Numbered from the whole stretch's first letter, positions 1 through 10,324 are shown. The stretch: 58,288 nt of DNA, filler included, from an uncultured bacterium (GCA_964449065.1; 3 parts of 3 records of this genome joined end to end with filler, not necessarily neighbours in it); one strand, 5' to 3'. Numbers and translations are program-made. The notes: generated from the letters alone by a model not told the origin.

Positions 1-2
1 AC

Positions 3-434
3 ACGCACCCCAACTGGATGAAGATACACAACCGCCTCACGCAATACTTCAACCGCGATATCTTCCAAACCCCGCATTGGAATGCCTGCCAAGCGGCTGT
101 CAAACGCCTGAAAGAACTATGCGAAGAAAACCATATAAAATTGTTGGCGGTGATCTACCCTCTCATGTACCGCCTCCACTCCACAGAAGACCACAGCTTT
201 ACCCGGCATTATGAGATTGTGCAGCATATGTTCGCCGAACAGGGCGTTCCCTGCCTGCTGCCGTTGGATCAATACATCGGGCAGAATGTCGATGATATGC
301 GCGCCTATGTGGATGATCCCCACCCGAGCCGCAAAAGCCACCGGATCATGGCAAAAGCCATCTACCACGCATTTAGGGGTCAAACCGGCGTCATCCCCCG
401 GTGGAATGAGTTTACGGATAATTCCGAATGGTGA
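3..434 (+). CDS. SGNH/GDSL hydrolase-like protein, C-terminal part (5' truncated by window)
   Basis: Frame open to the window edge; D-P-H-P-S..H..MA..I block V-like motif near the C-terminus. Confidence 0.6.
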   Translation, partial: THPNWMKIHNRLTQYFNRDIFQTPHWNACQAAVKRLKELCEENHIKLLAVIYPLMYRLHSTEDHSFTRHYEIVQHMFAEQGVPCLLPLDQYIGQNVDDMRAYVDDPHPSRKSHRIMAKAIYHAFRGQTGVIPRWNEFTDNSEW

Positions 435-717
435 TATTTTGCTGGGTTGCTTTGTTGGGGATTTAAGGTATAAACTATTGTGACCAAAAACGGGGATAAT
501 CCCCTTTTGAATATATGCCGTACCATGAACCAGCATTCTATTCTTTCCGCACGATGCGTTTTGTGTATAGATCATTTTCAAGCCTTTTTAAAACAAACGA
601 CAATGTGTATAGGGGTATGCCTCTTCTCCATTGGCAATAGATGATTATTCTGCATCATGTATTTGCCATGAAAAGAGATTTGCCATCTCAACCCCTATGA
701 GTTAGGATACAAAACCG

Positions 718-1176
718 ATGGATTTCTTAGGTTTTTTAGGTACATCAGAACTGTTAATAATCGCCGTTGTGACCCTCATTGTCTTCGGCCCCAACCGGCT
801 GCCGGAACTGGCACGCCACTTGGCAAAATTCAGTAAACTCATTCGCGAAGCCAGCCGAGAAATACAGCGCCAAATTGATATGAGCGACCTGCAACTCGAC
901 CTGGATAAGCCGCCCAAACCCAAAAAGGCCGCAGCCACTTCAACACCCAAAACAGATTATTCCTATCCCTATGGCGAAGGGGATGAAGGAGATTACTACA
1001 GCGAAATGGGAAAAGAAGAGACCGGCAACGAAAGCGAATTTGACCGGGATGATCCGGCATCGGGTGCAGCACCGGTTCACCAGACAGCCTCGGTCGGCAG
1101 CGCCCCCCGCTTGATTGTCGATGAAGATTTAAAAACCCAAGACGCAGCCCGGTTGCAGCGTGAATTCCTCGATTGA
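718..1176 (+). CDS. tatB: Twin-arginine translocase TatA/TatB-family subunit
   Basis: ELLIIAVVTLIVFGPNRLPE TM helix, amphipathic helix and long acidic tail; directly upstream of tatC. Confidence 0.8.
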   Translation: MDFLGFLGTSELLIIAVVTLIVFGPNRLPELARHLAKFSKLIREASREIQRQIDMSDLQLDLDKPPKPKKAAATSTPKTDYSYPYGEGDEGDYYSEMGKEETGNESEFDRDDPASGAAPVHQTASVGSAPRLIVDEDLKTQDAARLQREFLD

Positions 1177-1243
1177 GCATTCCCTGTACGGTTGGATTAT
1201 TGCGCGTTTCAAACACGCGGCTAAAGACACAATGAGATAAAAA

Positions 1244-2182
1244 ATGACCAAAAACGAGAACGACACTCCCAAAAAAATCGGGCAGGAACCATACGACGAA
1301 GATGCCGAACTCGGCGGCGAGATGTCATTTTTAGAACATCTTTCCGAACTGCGTGACCGCATGATCCGCATGTTAATTGCCATGACCATCGCGGTCATTG
1401 TATGCCTGAATTTTGCCGATCAAATCTTTTATTTCCTCATGCAGCCGGTCCCCGGATTTGTTGTCGAAAACACCAAACGGGAAATGCGCCGCGAACTGGC
1501 CGACCTTAAAGAGTTGGTCGAAGAACAAACCGGCGATGAAAAATCCAAAACGCAGGATCAAATCGAACTGATTCGGGCGCAACTGTTGGAAGACAGTATC
1601 ACTCCCTCAGCTGTAAAAATCATTCAAACGTCCCCCATCGAATACATCTTTGTCATGTTCAAAGTCTCTATTGTGGCGGGAATATTTTTGGCCTTCCCTT
1701 ACTTGTTTTATGAAATCTGGATGTTCGTTTCTCCCGGCTTATACAAACGTGAACGTAAGCTGCTGATTCCCATTATTTTTTCTTCCTGGGCATGTTTTGT
1801 TTTGGGAGGGTTATTCTGTTACTTCTTTGTGTTTAAATTCACGCTGTCTTTTCTGGTCGATATTGCACCGGGGTTTCTTGACCAAACCTGGATTATCACC
1901 AATTACATTAACATTCTTCTGCGAATGATCATCGCCTTCGGCATTGTCTTTGAAGAGCCGGTCGTCATTTACTTATTGTCCAAAATGGGGTTCGTAACCA
2001 CCGAATCCTTACGCAAAATTCGCCCCTACGCCATCGTGGGGATGTTCGCTTTTTCCGCACTGATCACCCCGCCTGATTTCGTTTCCCAAATCGCCTGCGG
2101 TTTGCCCTTAATATTGTTTTATGAACTGTCGATAATCATTGCCGGATTCATTGAGAAAAAAGAGGCCGAAAAGATTGACTGA
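1244..2182 (+). CDS. tatC: Twin-arginine translocase subunit TatC
   Basis: MSFLEHLSELRDR, YEIWMFVSPGLYKRE, FGIVFEEP and ITPPD motifs. Confidence 0.95.
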   Translation: MTKNENDTPKKIGQEPYDEDAELGGEMSFLEHLSELRDRMIRMLIAMTIAVIVCLNFADQIFYFLMQPVPGFVVENTKREMRRELADLKELVEEQTGDEKSKTQDQIELIRAQLLEDSITPSAVKIIQTSPIEYIFVMFKVSIVAGIFLAFPYLFYEIWMFVSPGLYKRERKLLIPIIFSSWACFVLGGLFCYFFVFKFTLSFLVDIAPGFLDQTWIITNYINILLRMIIAFGIVFEEPVVIYLLSKMGFVTTESLRKIRPYAIVGMFAFSALITPPDFVSQIACGLPLILFYELSIIIAGFIEKKEAEKID

Positions 2183-3209
2183 TTCCTTTCAAGATCAACT
2201 CCGCGACCTTATTCGCGGCAAAGTGGTGATGATTACCGGCGGTACCGGAACCATCGGCAGTGAAATTGTGCGTCAGTTAATTCCTTGCCAACCAAAACTG
2301 ATCCGCATTTACAGCCGCGATGAATTTAAACTCGCTCAACTGCGCACCCAATACAAGCACTACGATTTCATCCGCTTTCTGATGGGCGATATCCGCGATA
2401 TCGACCGCCTCTACCGCGCCATGGAAGGAGTGGAAATCGTCTTCCACGCTGCCGCCTTAAAACGGGTCGAATCCACCGAATACGATCCCATCGAGGCCAT
2501 CAAAACCAACGTTCTCGGCACCCAAAACATCATCACCACAACTCTCGAAAGTACCACCATTGAACGCGTTGTTTCTATCAGCACCGATAAAGCCGTCAAT
2601 GTCACCACTACGATGGGCGCCACCAAACTGCTGGCCGAACGCCTCATCACTTGGGCCTCCTTTTACCGCCGGGTGCCCCACAAAACATTGTGTTCCGTGC
2701 GCTTCGGCAACGTTCTTAACTCCCGCGGCTCGGTGATTCCCGTGTGGCATGACCTCATCAAACAAGGCGGCCCCATCAAACTCACCCACCGCGAAATGCG
2801 CCGCTTCTTCATGTCAGTCGAAAGCGCCGTCAATCTCGTATTACGCGCCGCGGTACATGCCACCGGCGGTGAAGTCTATGTTCTTCGAATGAATTCCGTT
2901 TTCATCCGGGATATTGCTGAAGTCATGATCGAAGAACTCGCCCCGAAATACGGCTACACCCCCAGCGATATCGAAATCATTGAATCCGGCATCAACGTCG
3001 GTGAAAAATTGGATGAAGACTTACTCGCCCCTCACGAAATCGAACGCACCTTCATGCTGGATGACGACATTGCCGTCATTTCACCGGAAAACCGAGTGGA
3101 AGAATTTACTCTGCAAAAACTCAAAACCTTCGAAGGCTTCGTCACCAGCACCAACACCCTCTCCAAAGAAGACCTTAGAGCCTACCTCAAAACAGAAGGT
3201 TTGATTTAA
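2175..3209 (+). CDS. Polysaccharide biosynthesis protein, UDP-GlcNAc 4,6-dehydratase (CapD/PseB-like SDR)
   Basis: ITGGTGTIG, FHAAALK, STDKAV, MGATK and VRFGNVLNSRGSV motifs; probable TTG start at 2175 overlapping the tatC stop. Confidence 0.9.
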   Translation: MTDSFQDQLRDLIRGKVVMITGGTGTIGSEIVRQLIPCQPKLIRIYSRDEFKLAQLRTQYKHYDFIRFLMGDIRDIDRLYRAMEGVEIVFHAAALKRVESTEYDPIEAIKTNVLGTQNIITTTLESTTIERVVSISTDKAVNVTTTMGATKLLAERLITWASFYRRVPHKTLCSVRFGNVLNSRGSVIPVWHDLIKQGGPIKLTHREMRRFFMSVESAVNLVLRAAVHATGGEVYVLRMNSVFIRDIAEVMIEELAPKYGYTPSDIEIIESGINVGEKLDEDLLAPHEIERTFMLDDDIAVISPENRVEEFTLQKLKTFEGFVTSTNTLSKEDLRAYLKTEGLI

Positions 3210-3211
3210 TT

Positions 3212-3542
3212 ACTCATGTTACGCATCCGTTATGATGTGCTCGTTCTTCAAATCTTTCGCTGTATCTATCGCCCCCGCCCATTGGGCTGAGGTATACCCA
3301 CAACGATATTTTTTTTTCGTTATCTATAGCGGTGTTGGCAATAATGCGTTTGGATTGGAATGAAGCGTACTTCCGGCTCGGCGGGAGCCTCGCCCTCCCA
3401 AAAATATTGTTTGGACAACTTTTTTCGAGTTTATTTACATTGAGTTGTATGGGTTGACGCACCGGCTGGAAGCCGATGCTCCCCTGTTATGGAGGAATCA
3501 CACAGAATTTATTTGAAACCATATTATTTGCGTAACATCAGT
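3212..3542. mobile_element. MITE-like non-autonomous element with 14-bp terminal inverted repeats, carrying REP-like palindromes
   Basis: ACTCATGTTACGCA (3212-3225) and TGCGTAACATCAGT (3529-3542), one mismatch; left end recurs at 19505 and 39108. Confidence 0.65.
3375..3400. repeat. REP-like palindrome
   Basis: GGCTCGGCGGGAGCCTCGCCCTCCCA; inverted copy at 8640-8665 (25/26). Confidence 0.8.
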
Positions 3543-3611
3543 GAATTAGAAGGGAGTATTGGTTACTCATACGTGCGTTCAAAAATACATTCGCCAGGGG
3601 AAGGCGAAAAT

Positions 3612-3670
3612 TGTGGTGCGGGCTTCCAGCCTGCTACTCTATACTGTTCAAGCAAGATGCCTGCACTACA
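3612..3670. repeat. Inverted pair of GTAG/GTGG-type REP palindromes (REPIN-like)
   Basis: TGTGGTGCGGGCTTCCAGCCTGCT (identical copy at 8767-8790) facing AGCAAGATGCCTGCACTACA. Confidence 0.75.
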
Positions 3671-3704
3671 ATCTACGTCCATTTTACTTTTTGCCGGGGT
3701 ATCA

Positions 3705-5063
3705 TTACTCATACGGCTGCCAGGGCGGCTTTGCTTCACCGATGATTTTGATGGGGTCCAAGGTCTCAGGATCCAGCAATACCAACTGAATTTTCTTAAC
3801 GGTTTTATGCATTACAGATGCCGCGTTTTGATTGTCGTCCGTAAACCCAAACCCGCCGTCCACCGTGCTGAACATGGCCGGAATATCAAATGAAGATTTC
3901 AACATATGCGGGTGCTTTTGATTGAACATATTGAATCCATACACATTGTGGGACCGCCGCATTTGTTTGCCTTCTTCGTCATAATAGATCAAACCGAACT
4001 TGCCTTCCATCGGCAAACCCATCGCCCCCGCAAAATAAAATCCCAATGAATGGGCAAATACTTGGAACGGCTGCACGTAGCTTATGCCGTTGTTGACGCC
4101 AACGATCGGAGTAATGCAGGTCGTCATGCTGTATTTCATCACGTAGGTGAACGCGGCGTTGGGAGGCAGCGTCAATTTACCCAGCACATGCTTCATCTCC
4201 AACTGAGATTCTTGGGAAAAAGAGGCTTCCTCCACCTCCCCCCCGGAAGCCTGAAACACCAAACTTTCATTGACCGGCTGCAGATGGGTGGGATCGGAAT
4301 GAATTTCAAATCCAAGAGTATGATTGGTTTGATAGTTATACAGAGCAAACCAAGGCTGTGAAGTCCGCCAAGCCGCCTGCTCTTTTGTCGAACTGTGCGT
4401 GGCGACAAACACATTGTAATCCGGCATAAACAACAAATCCGAATCGTCCACGGTCCTTCCATTCGGCAATTTTACCGATCCGCCCGCATTCGCCGGCATA
4501 TAAAGATACAAATCCGGCGTAGCCTTCCCAACATCTTGAGATACATCCAACACCGCCGTTTCCGTTGGATAACACGCAATCGTTTTTACTCCCGTATTTT
4601 CAATCGTCGTGGTCACATGCAGGATGGATTCCGTCGCATTCATTGCGTAAACGCGCCGCACGGCTATCGGTCCATTCGTTTCACTTAGCCAATGAACCGA
4701 TGGAATTTCCGGGTCAATATCTTTCAATTGCCGAATACGGCGGGGCCGGGGAAGTTCAAAGGTTTCATCCGATTTATAGGGATGATCTTTATAAAGATGC
4801 AATACTTGTTTCCGCACAAGCGGATGCCGTTTTGTAGAATCGCCCGCCGCATCCAATGTGGAATATATTTTTTGAATATAAGAGCCATCCTCAGTCCCGA
4901 TTTCCGCTTGCAGCCATTCATTTTGGATGGAATAACTGGATTGGATTGGATTGGCATACAGTTGTGACTCTTCTATATCGAAACATACCGGCAATACCGT
5001 AACCGCAATGCCAAACCTAAAAAACACACCAATTCCAGCGATACAATTCCGAATTCGTCCCAT
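3705..5063 (-). CDS. Hypothetical exported protein, possible supersandwich/mutarotase-like fold
   Basis: Long ORF with N-terminal hydrophobic segment and beta-rich pattern (IQNEWLQAEI; VRRVYAM..ILHVTTTIENTG); start chosen after an AAGGGA RBS. Confidence 0.65.
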   Translation of the reverse strand: MGRIRNCIAGIGVFFRFGIAVTVLPVCFDIEESQLYANPIQSSYSIQNEWLQAEIGTEDGSYIQKIYSTLDAAGDSTKRHPLVRKQVLHLYKDHPYKSDETFELPRPRRIRQLKDIDPEIPSVHWLSETNGPIAVRRVYAMNATESILHVTTTIENTGVKTIACYPTETAVLDVSQDVGKATPDLYLYMPANAGGSVKLPNGRTVDDSDLLFMPDYNVFVATHSSTKEQAAWRTSQPWFALYNYQTNHTLGFEIHSDPTHLQPVNESLVFQASGGEVEEASFSQESQLEMKHVLGKLTLPPNAAFTYVMKYSMTTCITPIVGVNNGISYVQPFQVFAHSLGFYFAGAMGLPMEGKFGLIYYDEEGKQMRRSHNVYGFNMFNQKHPHMLKSSFDIPAMFSTVDGGFGFTDDNQNAASVMHKTVKKIQLVLLDPETLDPIKIIGEAKPPWQPYE

Positions 5064-5258
5064 TTTACTGTCCCTTTTAAAAAATAACCCACACATTCTT
5101 TAGCCCTAAACGAAATATATACGGTTAATAGAATAGCAAGTAACGTTTGCTTTTGTCACCCGTTAATTCTAAAAGAAATCGATGGATTCTACTTCATTTT
5201 CATCTATACTTGAGTATCGAAGATAATAGTAGGTATAATTTCAAGCAATGGGACTGTC

Positions 5259-6224
5259 ATGCTCGTCAAACATCATACGATTCTAATTTTCCTATTTCTG
5301 GCCGGGATGCTTTCCGCCTGTCAAACACAACAGCGAAAAGCAGGACTCACTCAAGCCAATCAAAAACCGCTTGAAGAAGCCTATCTCTTATTTCAGCAAG
5401 AAAAATACAAAGCGGCTCTGGCCAAATTCTCCAGTTATGTCTATGCCCCTTTTCCCCAAAAAGATCAACTCGCCTCTGCACGCTATCACATGGGATTGTG
5501 CCACTATTTTTTACATCAATTTCCCGAAGCCGCAGAATCCATGAACATTCTTCTTCAGAAACACCCCCAATTTGACATGGCGGAAGAAGCAAACGAAATT
5601 CTCACCATCAGCCGGTCAAAGGTTCAATCCGCGAAACAAAAACAGCAAACCGAAGCCTTAGATTTAAATCACAAAATCGCCAGTCTGGAAGACCAAATCG
5701 AACAGTCCCCCCGCAGCGCCCAACTGCATTTCCAGTTAGGCAATCACTATTGGGAAGCCGGCGAATATCAAACCGCCGCCCTGCATTACGAACACGCCAT
5801 TCAACTCAATCCCGAATACGAACAAAACGAAACCGTCCGCGGCCGGGTCTTTTACAACAACCAAAACCTCCTCACGCCCCATGACCCGGTCAAAAAATAT
5901 CAAGATGCGGATCAGGTGATTCGCATTACAAATATCAACCACAGTGTCCGTACCCGCGAAGACTGGCTCGGCAGGCGCGAATCCATCCGCGTCAGCGGCG
6001 CGGCCGAGAACCGGTCGCTGCGTACCGTTCACAATGTGGCGGTCGAAATTACACTCGTAGACTTTTTTGGCGAAATCCAAGACAGCCAACTGGTTCGTTT
6101 GGGCTCCATTCGTCCCAATGAAACCAGATCGTTTTCCACCTTAATGAATCAATTCAGCGGTTCAGCCAACAGCAATTTTCGAGTAAAAACACAAGCGATT
6201 TTTGACGAACAACCGGAACGATAA
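5259..6224 (+). CDS. TPR lipoprotein with C-terminal FxLYD-like Ig domain
   Basis: Lipobox LSAC; TPR motifs (ARYHMGLCHY, LHFQLGNHYW); C-terminal VSGAAENRS..V.VEITLVD..G..I.P.ETRSF. Confidence 0.8.
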   Translation: MLVKHHTILIFLFLAGMLSACQTQQRKAGLTQANQKPLEEAYLLFQQEKYKAALAKFSSYVYAPFPQKDQLASARYHMGLCHYFLHQFPEAAESMNILLQKHPQFDMAEEANEILTISRSKVQSAKQKQQTEALDLNHKIASLEDQIEQSPRSAQLHFQLGNHYWEAGEYQTAALHYEHAIQLNPEYEQNETVRGRVFYNNQNLLTPHDPVKKYQDADQVIRITNINHSVRTREDWLGRRESIRVSGAAENRSLRTVHNVAVEITLVDFFGEIQDSQLVRLGSIRPNETRSFSTLMNQFSGSANSNFRVKTQAIFDEQPER

Positions 6225-7324
6225 TGAAACCTATTCGAAATGGCATTCTCCATTCTACCGCACAACAAGGTATGATTCTCCTGCTTGTGTGCTCATACCT
6301 TTTCCTCATGTCCCCTCTTCTTTCCGCTCAAAACGCGGAAAAAATGTCGCCGGAAGAATTTAATAAAATTCACACGGACTTAAAGGAACGCGACAAATCA
6401 TCCCTGCCCAAGCAAGTTTTTTTGGAAGTTAACATTTTCGAAGTCTTGGTAAACGACACCTATGACATCGGGTTCGTCTACGACATACTGGGTGAAGTCG
6501 CTGAATTCCGCGGCACAGGACCAAGCGGAGAAAATGTCATAGAAAGCGATTTAAGCGTATTAGGATTGGTGGACCGGGAAAGACAACTGCCGGCAGGGGC
6601 CAGTATCGTTGCATCCGTCTTGGAAGGGGAAGGCAATGAAATTCGCGCCACCATCCAAGCGTTGGCCGAAGATGAAATCCTAAAAGTCCATGCCAATCCA
6701 ACTTTACTGACTCTCAATAATGTCGAAGTGCGTCTTGAATCCGGCGAAGACATCCCCTTTCTCTCCCGTAAAGTTGTCGGTGACAACGAAACCGTCGCCT
6801 CTGAATTCACCAACACCGGAGTTCTGCTGCACATCACTCCTTCCATCCAGTATCTCACCACCGATCTGATGCGGAAAAATCCGTTTATCCAAACCACGAT
6901 TCGTGCTGAGTTTTCAACCGTATCCCGTTTCCGCGAAGAACAAGGCTTTGTCCAGCCCATTATCGACACCCGGCAAACACAAACCACTGTTTACTTAAAA
7001 GAAGAATCCCGCGTGCTGATCGGCAGCCTCTTCCGTGACCGCTTGGAAAAAAACGAACGCGGCATTCCTATCATCAAAGATATCCCCTTGCTGGGAAGAC
7101 TCTTTCGCAGCACCTCCAACGAAAGCCGCATCTCCCACCTGTTTGTCATGATTCGTCCCGTCATTGTGGACATCTGGACGGACACCTTGGAGGAAGCCAC
7201 ATTAGACCGGTCCCGCTCGCTGCGGGATATTCTGGACAAACGCGCCGATGAAGTCGGCACACGAAACGATCCGTTATTTGACCAGTTTCGTGAAATCTTT
7301 TTAGAACAATCCAGTGTGGAATAG
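6224..7324 (+). CDS. Short secretin (type II/III secretion system secretin domain)
   Basis: QVFLEVNIFEV, ANPTLLTLNN..GEDIPF, TGVLLHITP and GIPIIKDIPLLGRLFRS motifs; start overlaps the upstream stop. Confidence 0.85.
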   Translation: MKPIRNGILHSTAQQGMILLLVCSYLFLMSPLLSAQNAEKMSPEEFNKIHTDLKERDKSSLPKQVFLEVNIFEVLVNDTYDIGFVYDILGEVAEFRGTGPSGENVIESDLSVLGLVDRERQLPAGASIVASVLEGEGNEIRATIQALAEDEILKVHANPTLLTLNNVEVRLESGEDIPFLSRKVVGDNETVASEFTNTGVLLHITPSIQYLTTDLMRKNPFIQTTIRAEFSTVSRFREEQGFVQPIIDTRQTQTTVYLKEESRVLIGSLFRDRLEKNERGIPIIKDIPLLGRLFRSTSNESRISHLFVMIRPVIVDIWTDTLEEATLDRSRSLRDILDKRADEVGTRNDPLFDQFREIFLEQSSVE

Positions 7325-7332
7325 AGGATAGA

Positions 7333-8421
7333 ATGATACGTTTTGCTTACCTGAGTAAATCTACTGCAATCGCCGCCATTGTGTTGCATATGGTTTTTCC
7401 CACAAATACATTGGCTCAATCTGGCGAACCCGGCCCCATGATCGAAATCTCCGCCACCATCTTCGACTTTCGCTATGACCAAGACACCCAATTCGGCGTC
7501 TTTTACCAATACAACGCCGACAGCGGAAATGTAGGCGATTCCGATATCTTTCTTCAGGGCACGCAAAACGTTGCCGATGACGCCATCCCCGCCCTCAACC
7601 TCTCCGGCAACTTCGCCAAACTTGAATGGGGATCCATTGAATACAACATCAAAACCGCCATTCAAGAGGGGAAAGGCAGCGTCTTCAGCAATCCTTCCGT
7701 GTTGGTTGCCGACGGCCAAACCGCCGAAATCATCAGCGGGGAAGAAGTCCCGATCACCGAAGTCGAAGAAAAAGGTACCAAAACCACGCTTAAAACCGTC
7801 CCCCGTAAAACCGGAATCAAACTGATCGTTACCCCTTACATTTATAAACGCGACAATATCCTCATGCAGTTGGAAATCGAATCCAGTGAAATCACCCGCT
7901 TTGAAGTGTTTGACCGTGGCGACAGCCAGCGCTTCGAGTTGCCGGTGGTCGCCACCCGGAACATCCAATCCGTTATCATTATCCCCAATGAGCGTAAGTT
8001 GTACATCGGCGGCTTATACACGGATTTATCCAGCCAAATCACCCGCAAAGTCCCCCTCCTGGGCGATGTCCCCGGCATCGGTTACTTTCTCCGCGGGTTC
8101 AGCAAAAACAAAAGCCGTGCCGAAACCGTTTTTCAAATCACCCCCATCATCCGCCATCCCGGCACCGGCATCACCCGGCAGGATGTCTCCATCTTCAGCG
8201 AATTGCTGGAGCCGGAAGGCTCCGATCAATTGGTGGACCAATACCAACTGCTTGAGAAAGTTTCTGCCCAAAAACAACCGCCACAATCGCAGCAAACCAG
8301 ACCGGAACAAGCCACCATCCGCAAAGCCACCCAAGAAGTAAATTCAGATACCGGCAAATCGTCTCCCCCCTTCCGCCCCGGCGGCTCCAAAACAACCGAA
8401 GTCAAACCCCTGCGCTTTTAA
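7333..8421 (+). CDS. Second short secretin
   Basis: Signal peptide; SNPSVLVADGQTAEIISGEEVP, TGIKLIVTP and KVPLLGDVPGIGYFLR motifs. Confidence 0.85.
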   Translation: MIRFAYLSKSTAIAAIVLHMVFPTNTLAQSGEPGPMIEISATIFDFRYDQDTQFGVFYQYNADSGNVGDSDIFLQGTQNVADDAIPALNLSGNFAKLEWGSIEYNIKTAIQEGKGSVFSNPSVLVADGQTAEIISGEEVPITEVEEKGTKTTLKTVPRKTGIKLIVTPYIYKRDNILMQLEIESSEITRFEVFDRGDSQRFELPVVATRNIQSVIIIPNERKLYIGGLYTDLSSQITRKVPLLGDVPGIGYFLRGFSKNKSRAETVFQITPIIRHPGTGITRQDVSIFSELLEPEGSDQLVDQYQLLEKVSAQKQPPQSQQTRPEQATIRKATQEVNSDTGKSSPPFRPGGSKTTEVKPLRF

Positions 8422-8639
8422 TCGATCTTGTCATACATGATGAGGTAGAAAGCGTCAGCCCATGTTGTTCAATAAACTAAATCAAATCCCTAATCCACTG
8501 GTATTGTGTCAATCTTAAAATGACGGCTGGCTATCCTGAAGAACCTGGAACATCGTTTACATTTGAGACCGACGACATAGTTTACACTTTTTTGATGAAT
8601 GGAAGAATTAACGCAACCCCCCACTCTCTAAGCAATATC

Positions 8640-8790
8640 TGGGAGGGCGAGGCTCTCGCCGAGCCAGCGGCACGCTTTCCTTTACCGGTAATCATAAAAC
8701 ATCGGTATGAAACCCCAAGAACTGGAAATACCCCCGCTGTTATTCGCGTTCATTCGCGGTTTAAAATGTGGTGCGGGCTTCCAGCCTGCT
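8640..8790. repeat. Intergenic REP cluster
   Basis: Copies of both REP types seen at 3375 and 3612 (8640-8665 and 8767-8790). Confidence 0.75.
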
Positions 8791-8791
8791 G

Positions 8792-10051
8792 CTATATATT
8801 ATTCATCTCGCAGGATGGCTCTAAATTCGCGCGGGGAATACTGCCCAACCCGCACAACAGTCCCAGCCAGCACCACGTAAAGGGATGCAAATGCACTGCG
8901 TATAAAACCGTTGCCGCCGCCCACACCCACAGCGAAACCCGCATCGCCTTGCGCAGCCGCAAATCATCTTCATGTACGGTTTTCTCTCCCGTTGATGGAA
9001 ATAACGATTGAAAGAAATACACAAACGCCAGCCCGCCTGCAAAACCGGTCTCGGCCAACAGCGTCATAAACGAAGAATACTCATTTTGAATATCAAACGT
9101 TAAATCCGGATACGCCCAATTTCCATACGCCTCCCACTGCCCCGCCCCAACGCCAAAAAACGGATGTTGAACCAACCCCATCAACGCCAACACGGCGTTC
9201 TGCGACCGCTCCTGCAATCGCGGATTCCCCACTACCCTTGCCAGCCGTTCTCCTAAAGAATCATCCCCAAACAAATGAATCACCGTTGCGGTAATCATCA
9301 GCATAACCAATCCCGCCGCCATACCAAACACAACCTTGCGGTGAATCATTCCAAAAATCACCATAGCAATAATTACAAAGCCCAATAAAACCAAACCGCT
9401 GCGTGAACGCGCACCAAAAATCATCCCCAATGCCAAAACAAGAAATAGCCATGCCCCAAATGTCGGCTTTGTCAAATGAAGAGAAGGAACCCGCACTGCA
9501 AGAAACGGAAGCAACCCTGTCAATACAATCGCAAATACATTCCAATTCAAAAACCCGGCATGAAGCCGCGGCGGTCCTTCCGCCGAAAGAACCAATACCT
9601 GAATGACAGACCAAAATCCGAAGAGCACAATTAAAACCGGCACCACCACCAAAATCCGTTGCTTGGCGGAAGACGTTTTTACAATATAGGCGATACAATA
9701 AAATGTCAGCACATGCAAAACAATCATACTTGCCGACCGAAATGCCGCGGCGGGATGGATGCTGAACGGCACGGACATTAGCGCTGCCGCCCCCACTGCC
9801 AAAACCGGAAATACCAATTCCCAATCCACTTCTTCCAGCGTCAACCACCACCGCAAAACGTTGGTTACTATAAACACAACCTGCATCCAAATTGTTATGT
9901 CCACGTGCATTCCAAAAGTATGGATTTCACCTGTCTCGAGCGTTGCCATAACCAGCAAAATGACAACAGCCGCACCAGGCACGAAAATTGTGGAAATAAC
10001 TAAAAGTGCGAATACAACAGCAAAAAGAATTGTGAGCATTGTCAGTTTCAT
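8792..10051 (-). CDS. O-antigen ligase family membrane protein
   Basis: Multi-TM; ARSRSG and HPFFGVGAG motifs of the Wzy_C/WaaL family. Confidence 0.75.
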   Translation of the reverse strand: MKLTMLTILFAVVFALLVISTIFVPGAAVVILLVMATLETGEIHTFGMHVDITIWMQVVFIVTNVLRWWLTLEEVDWELVFPVLAVGAAALMSVPFSIHPAAAFRSASMIVLHVLTFYCIAYIVKTSSAKQRILVVVPVLIVLFGFWSVIQVLVLSAEGPPRLHAGFLNWNVFAIVLTGLLPFLAVRVPSLHLTKPTFGAWLFLVLALGMIFGARSRSGLVLLGFVIIAMVIFGMIHRKVVFGMAAGLVMLMITATVIHLFGDDSLGERLARVVGNPRLQERSQNAVLALMGLVQHPFFGVGAGQWEAYGNWAYPDLTFDIQNEYSSFMTLLAETGFAGGLAFVYFFQSLFPSTGEKTVHEDDLRLRKAMRVSLWVWAAATVLYAVHLHPFTWCWLGLLCGLGSIPRANLEPSCEMNNI

Positions 10052-10136
10052 ACATGACTGTTTGTTTTATGAACCCATTATAGAAAATCCCTCTCGTTCG
10101 GTAAGCGTCCTTTCCGAAATAATCATAGAAAACCAA

Positions 10137-10197
10137 CTTGCCAACCTGGCGCACATCATGGGTAAGGTATGAATACAAGCAGAGCCATTTTGGCGCA
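10137..10197. promoter_or_regulatory. Two NtrC-like enhancer-binding sites
   Basis: CTTGCCAACCTGGCGCA (10137-10153) and AGAGCCATTTTGGCGCA (10181-10197), 44 bp apart, upstream of a -24/-12 motif. Confidence 0.5.
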
Positions 10198-10324
10198 ACT
10201 CGATCATGTTAAATAGTATTTCCGCTAATCATTCCTAACCAAGCAAAAAAATACACATCCTTAAACATCATTTTTTCAGTAACTTATATACAGTAAAGAT
10301 ATTTTGCATTACATCATCTGCCAA

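Noticed and set aside
3489..3893. ORFs across repeat regions (3214-3462, 3489-3893, 8520-9011)
   Set aside because: They run through REP/MITE sequence or antisense to real genes and have no recognisable motifs
6991..7968. Long antisense ORF opposite the secretins, and similar shadows opposite murF, accC and others
   Set aside because: Codon-bias shadows of well-supported genes on the other strand
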